A stretch of DNA of 64,000 bases from an uncultured Bdellovibrio sp. GTDB lineage: Bacteria; Bdellovibrionota; Bdellovibrionia; Bdellovibrionales; Bdellovibrionaceae. Of this stretch, positions 36,849-47,093 are shown piece after piece. The DNA lies in assembly GCA_963932905.1 (NCBI GenBank), contig CAWVRN010000002.1, positions 160,001 to 224,000 on the forward strand, read 5' to 3'. Under the pieces are notes generated by a model. The model had not been told where the DNA came from. It saw only the letters and a list, made by a program, of their open reading frames with translations, and did no database searches. Position 1 is the stretch's first letter; each line of letters opens with the position of its first letter. The position numbers and the translations under genes are program-made.

Positions 36849-39767
36849 TTAGAAAAAAGAGCCGACTTGAAAGCTGGTCGTAGCAGATGAATTAGAAGTG
36901 TATGAACCGGCCAGAGGGTTATAGATACCGATAATTGCCGTTAGTGGCATTTGATACGCAATATTTAAATCAAAACGGAATTCAAAACCCATGTTCCAGA
37001 AACTTTGGTTCGTAGAAACACTTTTGAATACGTTATCTGTTTTATGGTAAGCACGACCGTCCAAGAAGACGCCATCTGAAATAATTGCGCCATGCAAACG
37101 ACGTAAAAAGATCGGGTGGGTTGAATTACCACGATTGATTTCGCGCATTGGGAAGCGATATTCAAACTTAGGATTGATCATTGTCTCACCCACAAATTGC
37201 CCTTGCAGGTAGCCGCGCATTAGGAAATACGGAACAATGGGGTCTTGTTGCAACAATAATGAATTAGTGGCCATTCCTAAAATGGGGCTAATTTTATCGC
37301 TTGAATAAAGAGCATCTAACTTGAAGTAAATGACGTGATTTTCAATAAGCAAATCTGGCCAGTATTGAGATGTCCCTAACAAGAACTGTGTTTGTTGAAC
37401 TTTTTCGCCGCTTTTTAAATACTGATTCATTCCAACATAATAATTCTGCCCCGAAAACGGTGTCGAAAGTGCGTTGGTGCGCTCTAGATCTGCATAGTTA
37501 AACATGAAGCCTGCGCCTTCACGGCTATACTGAGTCGTCGAAGTTCGTGTATCGATCTGTTTCGCGCTGATTTGTAAAGTGGCGTTCTTGCTCATATGCC
37601 AAATGTTAGGCTGAACGAAAACGGAACGAGTTGAATAGGTGGCTGCGTTGGAAGCGAAAACGAAATATGTGGTGTATTCGTTGTAAACAAATCCAAATTT
37701 ATGCTTATAAACCTGGTTTAAGTATGTTCCATCAACAGCTGTTTTTCCCGTTGCGGAATCGAAAATTAAATCTAACGAATACGTATGTTTTTTTAGCGGA
37801 TCGAATCCACTTGTTTGAGCTTGCAAAAGGAAACGACTGTCGCTGCTAGATGTGGCAACAAAGGGAATCCAGTAACGTGGCCAAAGATAGGAATAGGGTG
37901 AATAATCACGTACGGGATAGTTTCCTTTTGGTTCTTGTGCCATAGGAGTTTTTGTTTTGTCAGGAAACTGATTCGCATAGATACGGCTGATTTTAGGCAG
38001 CTCCCCCGGTGTTTTAGTCAAATCTGTTTGGCTAGAAAAATGAACTTGTGGACCTTTTGATGTTTGCTTTGTGTAGTAAATATCTTTTGTCAGCGGATCC
38101 AGAGCGTAAGAAAAAGATCCCGTATAAATATGTGTAACGGCTTGAGCCGTGTTGTCTTTCAAATTGTTGATGTATACGTTGCGGATACCATTTTTTGTCG
38201 ACGAGAAATATAAATTGCCACCAATGATTGTCGGGTAGCGAGCCTCTGAGAAATCGGTCAGTATCGGTTTCATAGAGCCGGAAGAAATATCATACGATAC
38301 TAAATATTCTTCTGTTGTTGGTTTTCTTAACGAAAAAATGATCGTATTCGCATCGACATAGCTTGGATTGGAAATACGTTCTTGCAGTGGCGCTGACCAA
38401 AGAATTTTTACTTTTTTTGTTTTCAAATCCAAAATCGCTAAACGAGTTTTTAACGCATCTAATTTTACAAATACGACGTTTTCGCCGTCGGGTGACGGTG
38501 AGGCTTCTCGTGCGCGTTCACCAGATGTCAGGCGCTCTGTTTTCTTTGTAGTAAAATCGAACATGAATAAATCAGAAAATGATTCGGCCGGGCTATAGGA
38601 ATCGATCTTGTCGTAGATGATTTTGTATGTCTTCGGAAGCCACGAGATGCGTTGAATGTTGCCCGCGATAGGACCGTCGGTATGCTGGTCTTCATCGCCC
38701 TCTTCGTAAATATCGTCAATTTGGTTAGCATTTTCGATTTGGCTTGGATCTAGAACCACGAAGTTATTGTTTTTATTTTTTTCGATGATTTTAACTTCTT
38801 TAACATCGCGATTTGAAACGGCTAAGTAAGCGAGATATTTACCATCTGAACTGATAGCCGGGCTAGATGAGTATTTTGATTTTGGATCCATCGGCTGAGC
38901 GATGGATTCTGGTAATTGCTTGATGACATCAATCTGTTTCAATATTTTTTCTTCAGTGATGAAAAGAGTATCTTCGAAGAATTTTTCATAATCGCTGCCT
39001 AGATAGTCTTCGGCGGGAGTATTGATAAAAAACGGGACGCGGCCAGCTTGGCGATCGTGCAGTTGCTTTACAATCGTAGGCGTTTCTTCCGCGGCCATTT
39101 GAGCCCAAATAATAGAGCCAAATAGGTACGGGCGATTGCCCTCGGGCCATGTATGCAAGAATTCATTGATTTCGAAAATCTTAAAATCGCTCAAGGTGTC
39201 GCTGAGAACAAAAGATCTTAGCAATGATTCTTGGTAATTGGATCGAAGGCGGCCACCATTTGAAAGCTGTGTTTCAAGATAAACTGAAACACCTTCTTTC
39301 CACCAACGTGGCATCAATCCATTTGGGGAAATAATGGAGCCAAAAACAGGACGTAAGTAACGATAAAAACTGCGGGCACCCTCGAAGGTTAAAATATGAG
39401 CATATTCGTGCGCTAAAAGCTCGAAAGCCCAGTCGCCGTAGTCAGCTAGACTTTCACTTGTATTCGGTAACACTGGATAGATCATGATATGAGGATACGG
39501 AATGCGAGTTGCATACCCATTGGTCAAGTCGGTTTTGTCATTGATGACCACGGTTGTTTTTGTCGGTTTTTGCGAGAAATATGGGTCTAGTGCCTTGTAA
39601 GCGCGCTCTAAACTACCGGCGATGAAAAAGCCGGTGTCCATTTTTTTTTCGTCTACAACGACGTAAAAATGCGGAGTTTCGATTGTTTTAAAGCGTATCC
39701 TAGGTGGAACTTCAAAACTATGGGCTAAAACAACAAGAAAAAGAAGAGATAAAAATATTTTTGACAT
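36849..39767 (-). CDS. outer-membrane protein: peptidase MA-like domain, TolB/PD40 propeller, Omp85-like barrel
   Basis: signal peptide; HEYAH..WWKEG; SPAISSDG and SPSPDG repeats; MRGY..EYRFP barrel motif; terminal Phe. Confidence 0.75.
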   Translation of the reverse strand: MSKIFLSLLFLVVLAHSFEVPPRIRFKTIETPHFYVVVDEKKMDTGFFIAGSLERAYKALDPYFSQKPTKTTVVINDKTDLTNGYATRIPYPHIMIYPVLPNTSESLADYGDWAFELLAHEYAHILTFEGARSFYRYLRPVFGSIISPNGLMPRWWKEGVSVYLETQLSNGGRLRSNYQESLLRSFVLSDTLSDFKIFEINEFLHTWPEGNRPYLFGSIIWAQMAAEETPTIVKQLHDRQAGRVPFFINTPAEDYLGSDYEKFFEDTLFITEEKILKQIDVIKQLPESIAQPMDPKSKYSSSPAISSDGKYLAYLAVSNRDVKEVKIIEKNKNNNFVVLDPSQIENANQIDDIYEEGDEDQHTDGPIAGNIQRISWLPKTYKIIYDKIDSYSPAESFSDLFMFDFTTKKTERLTSGERAREASPSPDGENVVFVKLDALKTRLAILDLKTKKVKILWSAPLQERISNPSYVDANTIIFSLRKPTTEEYLVSYDISSGSMKPILTDFSEARYPTIIGGNLYFSSTKNGIRNVYINNLKDNTAQAVTHIYTGSFSYALDPLTKDIYYTKQTSKGPQVHFSSQTDLTKTPGELPKISRIYANQFPDKTKTPMAQEPKGNYPVRDYSPYSYLWPRYWIPFVATSSSDSRFLLQAQTSGFDPLKKHTYSLDLIFDSATGKTAVDGTYLNQVYKHKFGFVYNEYTTYFVFASNAATYSTRSVFVQPNIWHMSKNATLQISAKQIDTRTSTTQYSREGAGFMFNYADLERTNALSTPFSGQNYYVGMNQYLKSGEKVQQTQFLLGTSQYWPDLLIENHVIYFKLDALYSSDKISPILGMATNSLLLQQDPIVPYFLMRGYLQGQFVGETMINPKFEYRFPMREINRGNSTHPIFLRRLHGAIISDGVFLDGRAYHKTDNVFKSVSTNQSFWNMGFEFRFDLNIAYQMPLTAIIGIYNPLAGSYTSNSSATTSFQVGSFF

Positions 39768-39909
39768 TCTTTAAGGGTAATACCTAAAGCGTTGCAACAT
39801 CAAACTCGTTTGACTTTTAGAAGCCATGCAATAGATTTTATACTGTTATAAAAATGCACGTCGTGAAGAAAGTCGTGGATACACGTCAAGAAATAACAGG
39901 AGAATTGAA

Positions 39910-40440
39910 ATGACAACAATGAAAAATGTAACAAAATTAATCTGTATCTTAGCTATCGCAGTCGCTTTCGTTAACTGCCGTGGTAAAGAAGAAAAACCGT
40001 CTGATGCGACTCCAACTGAATCAACTGGTCCAACTGCAGAAAATTCAGCCGTCGATTCAACGGCGATGTCGTTTGATCCGTCTGGTTCTGATAGCGGTAA
40101 AATCGATGGTCTAAAAACAGTATTTTTTGACTACGATAAATCAACCCTATCTGGCGAAGCAAAAAAAGTAATTGCTGGTAATGTTGAGTGGATGAAAAAA
40201 AATACAAACGCTAAAGTTCAAATCGAAGGTCACTGCGATAACCGCGGTTCAATCGAATACAACGTAGCTTTGGGTGAGCGTCGTGCCAATGCCGTTCGTG
40301 ATTACATGGCTAGCCTTGGTATTTCTGGAAACCGTTTAGCAACCATCAGCTACGGGGAAGAAAAACCTCTAGTGTCATCAGAAAACGAATCAGCTTGGAA
40401 GAAAAACAGAAGAGCTAACTTCGTTCCTTCATCAATGTAA
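39910..40440 (+). CDS. pal: peptidoglycan-associated lipoprotein
   Basis: lipobox FVNC; VFFDYDKS, IEGHCDNRGS.EYN.ALGERRA, SYGEEKP, NRR. Confidence 0.95.
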   Translation: MTTMKNVTKLICILAIAVAFVNCRGKEEKPSDATPTESTGPTAENSAVDSTAMSFDPSGSDSGKIDGLKTVFFDYDKSTLSGEAKKVIAGNVEWMKKNTNAKVQIEGHCDNRGSIEYNVALGERRANAVRDYMASLGISGNRLATISYGEEKPLVSSENESAWKKNRRANFVPSSM

Positions 40441-40448
40441 TGTAGGTA

Positions 40449-40763
40449 ATGATTAAAAAATTATTCTTATTTTTAATCAGTGTTGTTAGTTTATTAACCA
40501 TCGGATGCCAAACCGTTGAGCCTCCTCTTGAGGAATGGGTTTTGGCTAGAGCGGCTTACGAAGCCGCTCGTTCCGTTCAGGCTGCCAAATACTCGCCTGG
40601 GTTTTGGCATCAGGCCGAAGAGTCTTACAAAAAAGCACGCATTTTGTACAAAGAAGAAAGTTACGAAGAAGCTAAGCTTGAATTCGTAGCTGCCCGAAAA
40701 GCCGCTGAAAAAGCGGAAAATTCCGCCCGATTAAAACGTCAGCAAAGTGGAGAGGTATTATGA
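40449..40763 (+). CDS. small helical lipoprotein (DUF4398-like)
   Basis: lipobox TIGC; Ala-rich helix AAKYSP..AEE. Confidence 0.7.
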   Translation: MIKKLFLFLISVVSLLTIGCQTVEPPLEEWVLARAAYEAARSVQAAKYSPGFWHQAEESYKKARILYKEESYEEAKLEFVAARKAAEKAENSARLKRQQSGEVL

Positions 40764-41431
40764 AAAAGTTAGTAGCCGGTCTTTTGTTAGCAGCCATGAT
40801 GACGGGTTGTTTGAAAACTCGCACCGATGTTAAAGAGACAGAAACTAAACAAGTAATGGCTCAGCAAGTAACAACTTTGCAGCGTACAAACGCGGACACA
40901 GCAAATCGTATTGCTGAATTAGAACAAGAGATTCGCGAAATGAACGGAAAAGTTGAAGTCCTGGAAAACAAGCTCAGCAAGCAAAATCCTGAAAATGATA
41001 AACAAATAAAAAATATGAACGAGCAAGTAGGCGAAGCGAATAAAAAGCTAGCAATTTACCAAGAAGAATTATTAAAACAGGAAAAAACGATTCAACAACT
41101 GACTCACGAAGTTGAAACAATGAAAGCGGAAGCCGCGGCCGCGAACAAACCGGCAGAAAAAGAAGTTGAAAAGAAAACGCCACTTCAGTTAGCAGACGAA
41201 CACTTCAAGCAAAACGACTGGAAAAAAGCCATCATTCAATATCAAAAATACAGAGACGAAAACCCTAAAGGCAAAAAGTTAGCTGAAAGTACCTACCGCA
41301 TCGCCTACGCGTTTGGTGAGCTGGGAATGAAAGAAGAAGCTAAAACGTTTTACGAAGAAGTTATTGCAAAGTTTCCAGCTTCCGTAGAGGCTAAAAAAGC
41401 CAAAGCAAAGATCAAAGCATTTAAGAAATAA
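40760..41431 (+). CDS. cpoB: CpoB/YbgF-like coiled-coil TPR lipoprotein
   Basis: lipobox MTGC, coiled coil, TPR ending KFPAS; downstream of pal. Confidence 0.8.
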   Translation: MKKLVAGLLLAAMMTGCLKTRTDVKETETKQVMAQQVTTLQRTNADTANRIAELEQEIREMNGKVEVLENKLSKQNPENDKQIKNMNEQVGEANKKLAIYQEELLKQEKTIQQLTHEVETMKAEAAAANKPAEKEVEKKTPLQLADEHFKQNDWKKAIIQYQKYRDENPKGKKLAESTYRIAYAFGELGMKEEAKTFYEEVIAKFPASVEAKKAKAKIKAFKK

Positions 41432-41543
41432 TTTTAAAAACCAGGCTCCTATGCCACATCTAGTTTTTTAAGCAGGACTTGTTGGGGGCCGTGTTAGCCC
41501 AGAAACGCGCTATTTTCCGCAGTGTATTTCATTTTTTGTCACT

Positions 41544-41558
41544 GTCTCATTTTGATAT
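41544..41558. promoter_or_regulatory. palindromic motif GTCTCA-N3-TGAGAC copy
   Basis: GTCTCA-TTT-TGATAT. Confidence 0.5.
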
Positions 41559-41647
41559 AAGAAACTGTCTCTGGCTGAAGCGTTCCAGGCGCCAAATCGA
41601 AGGTAAATTGGCACGTTCAGTGCTCTTCTTATTCTTAAGAGGAGTTT

Positions 41648-42703
41648 ATGTTTTTCAAGGAATACAAACTAGAAATATTAATAGGATCATCATTAGCACT
41701 AGCTTCAGTGTATATGTTCCATCAATTGATGACTATTAAGCCTAGACATGTAAGTCCAGGGGATAAAATTTCTTTTGAAATGATTCGCCCTCAAAAAGAT
41801 ATCGTAAATGAATTTACTTTAGATGGTCGTGAGATCGATTCACGATTTGAAAATCCTTTTGTTAAGAAGGACCTGGGTAAACATGCTGATAAAAAGAATG
41901 TAAAGCCTAACATGGTTCCTATTCAGAAAAAAGCAACCGACAAGAAGAAAGAAGCAGCTAAAACTGAACCTAAGAAAACGGGCATCCAAGTTAACGTGGT
42001 GGCTCGGGATCAAAAAGCTCGTATGAAATCGGATGTTAATTACGATGACAGTGTCGGTGGTGTTAACTATCAAACGACTGCAACTGGTAATAACAATAGA
42101 GATGAACAAAAGAAAGACACGGAAAAGAACTCAAAGCGCAGCCTGTCTGAATTTGCAGATCTTTTAACGGATCCAAAAACCGAGCGTATTGCTCAGCTTG
42201 TGATGGCCATCCAAAATGGTGAAGTAAATCAAAGTGAACTTTATGATTTCATGGGAAAAATGATGAATTCAGACAAACCTAAAGTTCAATCGGTAGGTAT
42301 TTACATTGCTTATTACGTACCTACCTATGAATCATTCAGTTTGGTAACAAGTAACCAAGACAAGATGACTGGTGAAGTAAAAACGTACTCGGATCAATTC
42401 TTGAATTCGTTTAATCAAGCGGCTAAGCTGCCCGTGTTAGCGCAGGCTTTACAGTCAAGCGACATTAAAGTTGTTGTCAAAGCTGGAGAGGTTATTATTT
42501 TAGGATTGCAAAATATCAAAAATGGCCAAACGATAGATTATGGAGCTCGTAGTAACAGAGGAACGAATGAAATTAAATCGTCTAGCTTTTTGGATTACTT
42601 CTTACCAATCGCTGAAAGTCTTAAATCAAGTCAAAATCAAACTATCGCAAGTCTTGGCTCGGCTCTGTCTCAACAACTTTCATCAATCGCTAATACGCCT
42701 TAA
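41648..42703 (+). CDS. membrane-anchored hypothetical protein with helical-repeat C-terminus
   Basis: GAGGAG RBS; N-terminal TM; Lys-rich linker. Confidence 0.75.
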   Translation: MFFKEYKLEILIGSSLALASVYMFHQLMTIKPRHVSPGDKISFEMIRPQKDIVNEFTLDGREIDSRFENPFVKKDLGKHADKKNVKPNMVPIQKKATDKKKEAAKTEPKKTGIQVNVVARDQKARMKSDVNYDDSVGGVNYQTTATGNNNRDEQKKDTEKNSKRSLSEFADLLTDPKTERIAQLVMAIQNGEVNQSELYDFMGKMMNSDKPKVQSVGIYIAYYVPTYESFSLVTSNQDKMTGEVKTYSDQFLNSFNQAAKLPVLAQALQSSDIKVVVKAGEVIILGLQNIKNGQTIDYGARSNRGTNEIKSSSFLDYFLPIAESLKSSQNQTIASLGSALSQQLSSIANTP

Positions 42704-42719
42704 TTTCAAAAACTTAAAT

Positions 42720-43448
42720 TTGCACAACGTAAAGATTCTTATGTTGTTGCTACTTTTTACGCCGTCTACTTTTGCGTCCTTAAAACTACCAAACGGGCTA
42801 GATTCGGAAAAAAGAAAATCAATGATGAAGACAATAGGTTTTGTTGGTACGACAAAATATGTATCTAACGGATATATGCTGGGCGGCTTCGATGGTTTCG
42901 AAATTTCTTCTCAGTTAGAATCTGTAGCTTTTTCTAGTGTAAATTCGTTAAGTGCGACTGCTATTGATCAACAGAATCAAATACTGACCCGATTTGGTGT
43001 TGCTAAAGGTTTTTATCACGACATCGAAATTTCGTTTCAATTTATTCCATTTTTTCTACAAACAGAAATGTCAGGTTACAGCGGATCTTTGAAATATACA
43101 TTTTATGAAGATCAGGGTATGCCTTTGACGATTGATGTTTTAGTTCACGGTGGCGGAATTAATTTTGGCAATTTATTGGGTGTTCAAAGTACAGGTATGG
43201 ATTTCGTTATAAATTATTTCATGAAGTATTGGTCATTCTATGGTGGCTTTGGCCAATCACGAATTATCGGATCGTTCATTGGTGGTAATAATGGTTTAAC
43301 TGAAGATCATATGACTGCGACCGAAGATCTGGCTCAAAACCGTGTGTTAGCTGGTTTGTCATATGATTTTCAGAATTTTCAAATGGGATTGCAGGTTGAG
43401 CGATTCTACGAAGGCACCGCAATTTTGAAAATCGGTAAACGATTCTAA
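42720..43448 (+). CDS. putative outer-membrane beta-barrel protein (start TTG 42720 or ATG 42741)
   Basis: signal peptide ending STFA; alternating beta strands; C-terminal LKIGKRF. Confidence 0.65.
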   Translation: MHNVKILMLLLLFTPSTFASLKLPNGLDSEKRKSMMKTIGFVGTTKYVSNGYMLGGFDGFEISSQLESVAFSSVNSLSATAIDQQNQILTRFGVAKGFYHDIEISFQFIPFFLQTEMSGYSGSLKYTFYEDQGMPLTIDVLVHGGGINFGNLLGVQSTGMDFVINYFMKYWSFYGGFGQSRIIGSFIGGNNGLTEDHMTATEDLAQNRVLAGLSYDFQNFQMGLQVERFYEGTAILKIGKRF

Positions 43449-43452
43449 TTGT

Positions 43453-43467
43453 ATTTCAATTTGAGAC
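43453..43467. promoter_or_regulatory. palindromic motif GTCTCA-N3-TGAGAC copy between convergent genes
   Basis: ATTTCA-ATT-TGAGAC. Confidence 0.5.
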
Positions 43468-43532
43468 CTCTAAATCTGGTACGTCAACATGCTCCCCTGG
43501 TGGGATTTCTATTTTTAAAAATAAGAAACAAC

Positions 43533-44093
43533 TTATTTAGGCGGTTGCTGAGCTTTTGAGTCTTTGCTAGTTCTTTGTTTTTCTAGGAAGTCATCGCAAA
43601 AACTTTTGTATGAGAATTTGTCTGGTATTTTAGGGAAATTTAAACTTTCGGCTCGTGCTTTTGCCTTTAATTCTTGGGATCCGAAATCGGATGGTTTCAC
43701 CCCTTGGGTGATGAAAGACACGTTGGCATTGGCTAGCGTTCGTCGCGCTTGATATTCGACATTTTCAAGACGTTCAATTTCCTTTTCTAGTTCGGCACGT
43801 TCTTCGTACACCGAGATTTTTTCGTTTTCCGGTTTAACTAGAAGTAGAGGAATACACATAGTAGTGATTTTTGGTTTTTCTTTTTTTAGTTCGAAATTTA
43901 AAACGCCTTCAATTTTTTTCAATCGATCTTTAACGAGTTCTATATTTTCGGCCACTTGCTTTTTTATAGCTAAATAAGTTTCTTGGCGCTTCAGTCTGTT
44001 TTCTTTGGAATTGCGATAGTTATCAGGATTCGCATTTTCCGCAAATAGAATACGAGATAATAAAAAAGTAAAAATAACACATAGTTTGATCAT
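43533..44093 (-). CDS. secreted hypothetical protein
   Basis: signal peptide ending ILFA; helical and charged. Confidence 0.7.
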   Translation of the reverse strand: MIKLCVIFTFLLSRILFAENANPDNYRNSKENRLKRQETYLAIKKQVAENIELVKDRLKKIEGVLNFELKKEKPKITTMCIPLLLVKPENEKISVYEERAELEKEIERLENVEYQARRTLANANVSFITQGVKPSDFGSQELKAKARAESLNFPKIPDKFSYKSFCDDFLEKQRTSKDSKAQQPPK

Positions 44094-44098
44094 ATCTT

Positions 44099-44887
44099 TT
44101 ATTTTGCCCCATAAATCTTTTGAATTAAAGCTTTATCACCAGCACTTAAAGATGTAGCCAAGCCCATTGCCGCACCCATAGCTTCATACCCAGGACGAGG
44201 TTTCATGATGATTTTTCCATTTACGCTGTAGGCTGCATTCCAATAATGCATAATTGACAAGAAATCATATGGTCCGCTGTTATCCATAGCCCCCAAGGAA
44301 AGTTTGTCATAAGAGTAGGCCATCTGCCCGGCATTTTGAGCGAAAACTTCGATATAGGTATCACGATCGGGCCGTTGATGTTCATGCATTAAACCAAAGA
44401 CGTGTCCTAGTTCGTGTAAAAGTGAAACGGAATTCCAGCACCAAACGGCGGCAAAATTAAATACACGCTCGCCGCCATTGGCCCCAGCGCCAAGGTCAGT
44501 CCAGCAACGATCGGCCATTTTCGTATTGGTTACAAATAGGTAATTTGATTCGAATAAACTTTTAGCGCGACATCTGATTTTGGCAACATCGCCCCAAGCT
44601 TCGCAGGCTTTCCAAAATAAATTTCGCTGTTCTTCCGTGATATTCGAGTGAAATTTGACGGGCACAACACCGTTCTTCCATACTTTTGATGAATAGGCTT
44701 GAAAACCAGAAGCGGCTTTTTCGGAAACTTGTGAGGCCATATCGATGCGATAGTCGCCATAATCGACGAAACTTTTTGTGTCGTCTTCTTTTTCTGTCGG
44801 TATGCCCGGAGGGTAACTAACTCCTTTTTGGCACGCAAGGATTCCAATGAAAACAGCAAATGCAAGGATCTGTTTTAGGTAATTCAT
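44099..44887 (-). CDS. astacin (M12A) zinc metalloprotease lipoprotein
   Basis: lipobox ILAC; HELGHVFGLMHEHQRPDRD; Met-turn SIMHY. Confidence 0.92.
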   Translation of the reverse strand: MNYLKQILAFAVFIGILACQKGVSYPPGIPTEKEDDTKSFVDYGDYRIDMASQVSEKAASGFQAYSSKVWKNGVVPVKFHSNITEEQRNLFWKACEAWGDVAKIRCRAKSLFESNYLFVTNTKMADRCWTDLGAGANGGERVFNFAAVWCWNSVSLLHELGHVFGLMHEHQRPDRDTYIEVFAQNAGQMAYSYDKLSLGAMDNSGPYDFLSIMHYWNAAYSVNGKIIMKPRPGYEAMGAAMGLATSLSAGDKALIQKIYGAK

Positions 44888-45011
44888 TTCTTAATATTAC
44901 CACGAGCGCCTAGAGCCGTCTGCGCGTCCAAAGTAGTGAACGCGAAAAAAAAAATGAGCGAGACCAATGAAGAGAACATGGTACGCATCAATATTTTGAG
45001 GTTATTCGAAG

Positions 45012-45482
45012 CTAGCTTTTTTCGATTTTAGACACAATCGATGTAGTTGATTTTCCATCGATAAACATTAACGAGAGCACTTGTCCCCCGTAGCCTTGAA
45101 CGAATTCGCCGCCAACGATCTGGTTGATCTTCCAATCGCCACCTTTAACAAGAACGTCCGGGTGAACCATCTTGATCAAGTTTTCAGGAGTGTCTTCTGT
45201 AAAGATAACTGTAGCGTCAACAGACTCTAGCGCGGCTAAAATTTCAGATCGGTCGTTTTCGCTTTGAATGGGACGAGTTGGCCCTTTAAGGCGTTTCACA
45301 GACGCATCAGCATTGATTCCTACGATTAGGAAATCACCTTTAGATTTTGCTTCTTTTAAATATTTAACGTGACCGATATGAAGTAAATCAAAACAGCCGT
45401 TGGTGAACACAATTTTTTTGTTTTTTCTAACGGCGTTTAGTTTTTCTAGGAGAGCATTAGTGTCGGAGTAGAATTGGCCCAC
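45012..45482 (-). CDS. rfaE2: D-glycero-beta-D-manno-heptose 1-phosphate adenylyltransferase
   Basis: FTNGCFDLLHIGH, KGPTRP, LVKGGDW, STTSI. Confidence 0.9.
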   Translation of the reverse strand: MGQFYSDTNALLEKLNAVRKNKKIVFTNGCFDLLHIGHVKYLKEAKSKGDFLIVGINADASVKRLKGPTRPIQSENDRSEILAALESVDATVIFTEDTPENLIKMVHPDVLVKGGDWKINQIVGGEFVQGYGGQVLSLMFIDGKSTTSIVSKIEKS

Positions 45483-45495
45483 GGTTTTTACCTGT

Positions 45496-46326
45496 TTATT
45501 TTCTGCGAACTAAAGGTAAATCCAAAAATTCACCCAGGAAATCACGATCGAATGCCCATGATACCAACGGAACAATGAACCCACCAGTTACCATGATCAA
45601 GATACTTCTTAAGGCAATTTTAGTTAGCGCAAAGAAATCAACCTTGTCGCCGCGAACTTGGATTTTTTGATCATAAGCCCATTCACCCGGCGTGTAGCCA
45701 AGGAATGACCGAAAGGTAACATAGTAAATGAAACCAACGCTGCAGAATAAAAGAAACAATGAAATGTACACAGAACCCTGATCATCTGGGTTTCTGATAT
45801 TTTGTAGCAAATCGATTTTTGTGATGGCAAGCAATGCAACCAAGAATAACAAGCTAGAGGCTACTACCAGCATTAAATCTAAAACCATCGCCGTAAATAA
45901 TGGGCCAGAGGCTTTGTAAACCGCTTCGGTTTTAGACGTAATAACTTTGGTAACTTGATTTTTTGGAATTTCAAACTGTTGAGAGGCTTTCTGTTTCGAC
46001 GTTTCGATATTTTTCAAAATCTCGTCCACGATATCGTGAGTTTGGCCTTGAGCCAATGAAGCGCGTGTTTGATAGCTGTCTAAATCCGAAGTATCGACGG
46101 TTACAGGTTTCGATTTCTTGTTTGGTAGTGGAGTTGAAAACATCGCCGCAGCCGATTGGCCAGCAACAGACTTGGTCTGTTTAGACGTCTGATTCGTTGA
46201 AGCTTTGTTTTCAACCAAAGGCGCCGCTTTTTCATTCAGTGGTTTTTGGTTTCTGTGAAAACCTAGACCATCGGTAATTGGTTTGAATTCAAATTCTTCG
46301 AAGGGATCTACTTCATTGTGCATCAT
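45496..46326 (-). CDS. RDD family membrane protein
   Basis: C-terminal TM domain with LD, GYTPG, R..D pattern; disordered N-terminus. Confidence 0.7.
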   Translation of the reverse strand: MMHNEVDPFEEFEFKPITDGLGFHRNQKPLNEKAAPLVENKASTNQTSKQTKSVAGQSAAAMFSTPLPNKKSKPVTVDTSDLDSYQTRASLAQGQTHDIVDEILKNIETSKQKASQQFEIPKNQVTKVITSKTEAVYKASGPLFTAMVLDLMLVVASSLLFLVALLAITKIDLLQNIRNPDDQGSVYISLFLLFCSVGFIYYVTFRSFLGYTPGEWAYDQKIQVRGDKVDFFALTKIALRSILIMVTGGFIVPLVSWAFDRDFLGEFLDLPLVRRK

Positions 46327-47093
46327 GCCTCCATAAGATCAAATTCATACTTTAGGATGGACAGTCCAGTAAGGCAAGCCGTTTCGACCCTTAAAACCTG
46401 AGTTCCCAGAGTGACAGGACTTAAGCCAAGGTTCTGTAAGCCATTGATTTCATTGGTGGAAAATCCACCCTCGCTGCCAATGACCAATCCTATGTTTTTG
46501 ATCGGTTTGTGTTTTGCTTCGTCCTTGAACTTGGCTATCGCCTGTTTCGCATTTAGGGCTGATTCCCCTTCATAAAAGAATAGACACTGATCGATCGCCA
46601 ACTGGTTAATTTTCTGCGAGAAGTCTTTCCAGGCGAAGGGTTTTTCAAGACGCATCAGTTCGCCGCGGCCGGATTGTTGAGTCGCGGACACGATGATTTT
46701 CTGCCAGCGTTCCAGTTTATGGGCGAAATCCTTTTCTTGCATGCTTTTTACAAATGAATAGTCAGAATAGAACGGGTGGATGGAATGAACACCCATTTCC
46801 ACAGCTTTTTCCATAACAGATTCTAGCGTCGAGAATTTTGGCATCGACATGAACATGTGAATATGAGGATGTTTTAGTTCGGGAATTTTTCTAACTTCGA
46901 CAACAGTTACGGACGCGCGTTTTTTTTCGACGTTATCCACATGAACTAAAAAGCCTTGTCCGGTCGAATTGATTAATTCAAAATGCTGATCTTTGCCGAC
47001 TCGACAGACGTCAAAGATATGATGAAACAAATCTTTATCGATAACGAGCTGTTCACCAACTTGAAGATTGATGTCAAGCCAGTATCTACGCAT
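46323..47093 (-). CDS. rsmE: 16S rRNA m3U1498 methyltransferase
   Basis: EKAVEMGV, A.QQSGR, IGSEGGF, LG..VLRVETA. Confidence 0.93.
   Translation of the reverse strand: MRRYWLDINLQVGEQLVIDKDLFHHIFDVCRVGKDQHFELINSTGQGFLVHVDNVEKKRASVTVVEVRKIPELKHPHIHMFMSMPKFSTLESVMEKAVEMGVHSIHPFYSDYSFVKSMQEKDFAHKLERWQKIIVSATQQSGRGELMRLEKPFAWKDFSQKINQLAIDQCLFFYEGESALNAKQAIAKFKDEAKHKPIKNIGLVIGSEGGFSTNEINGLQNLGLSPVTLGTQVLRVETACLTGLSILKYEFDLMEA

Noticed and set aside
42540..42719. Long 5' overlap of ORF 42540 with ORF 41648-42703
   Set aside because: The signal peptide begins near 42720-42741; the upstream part is a spurious extension.
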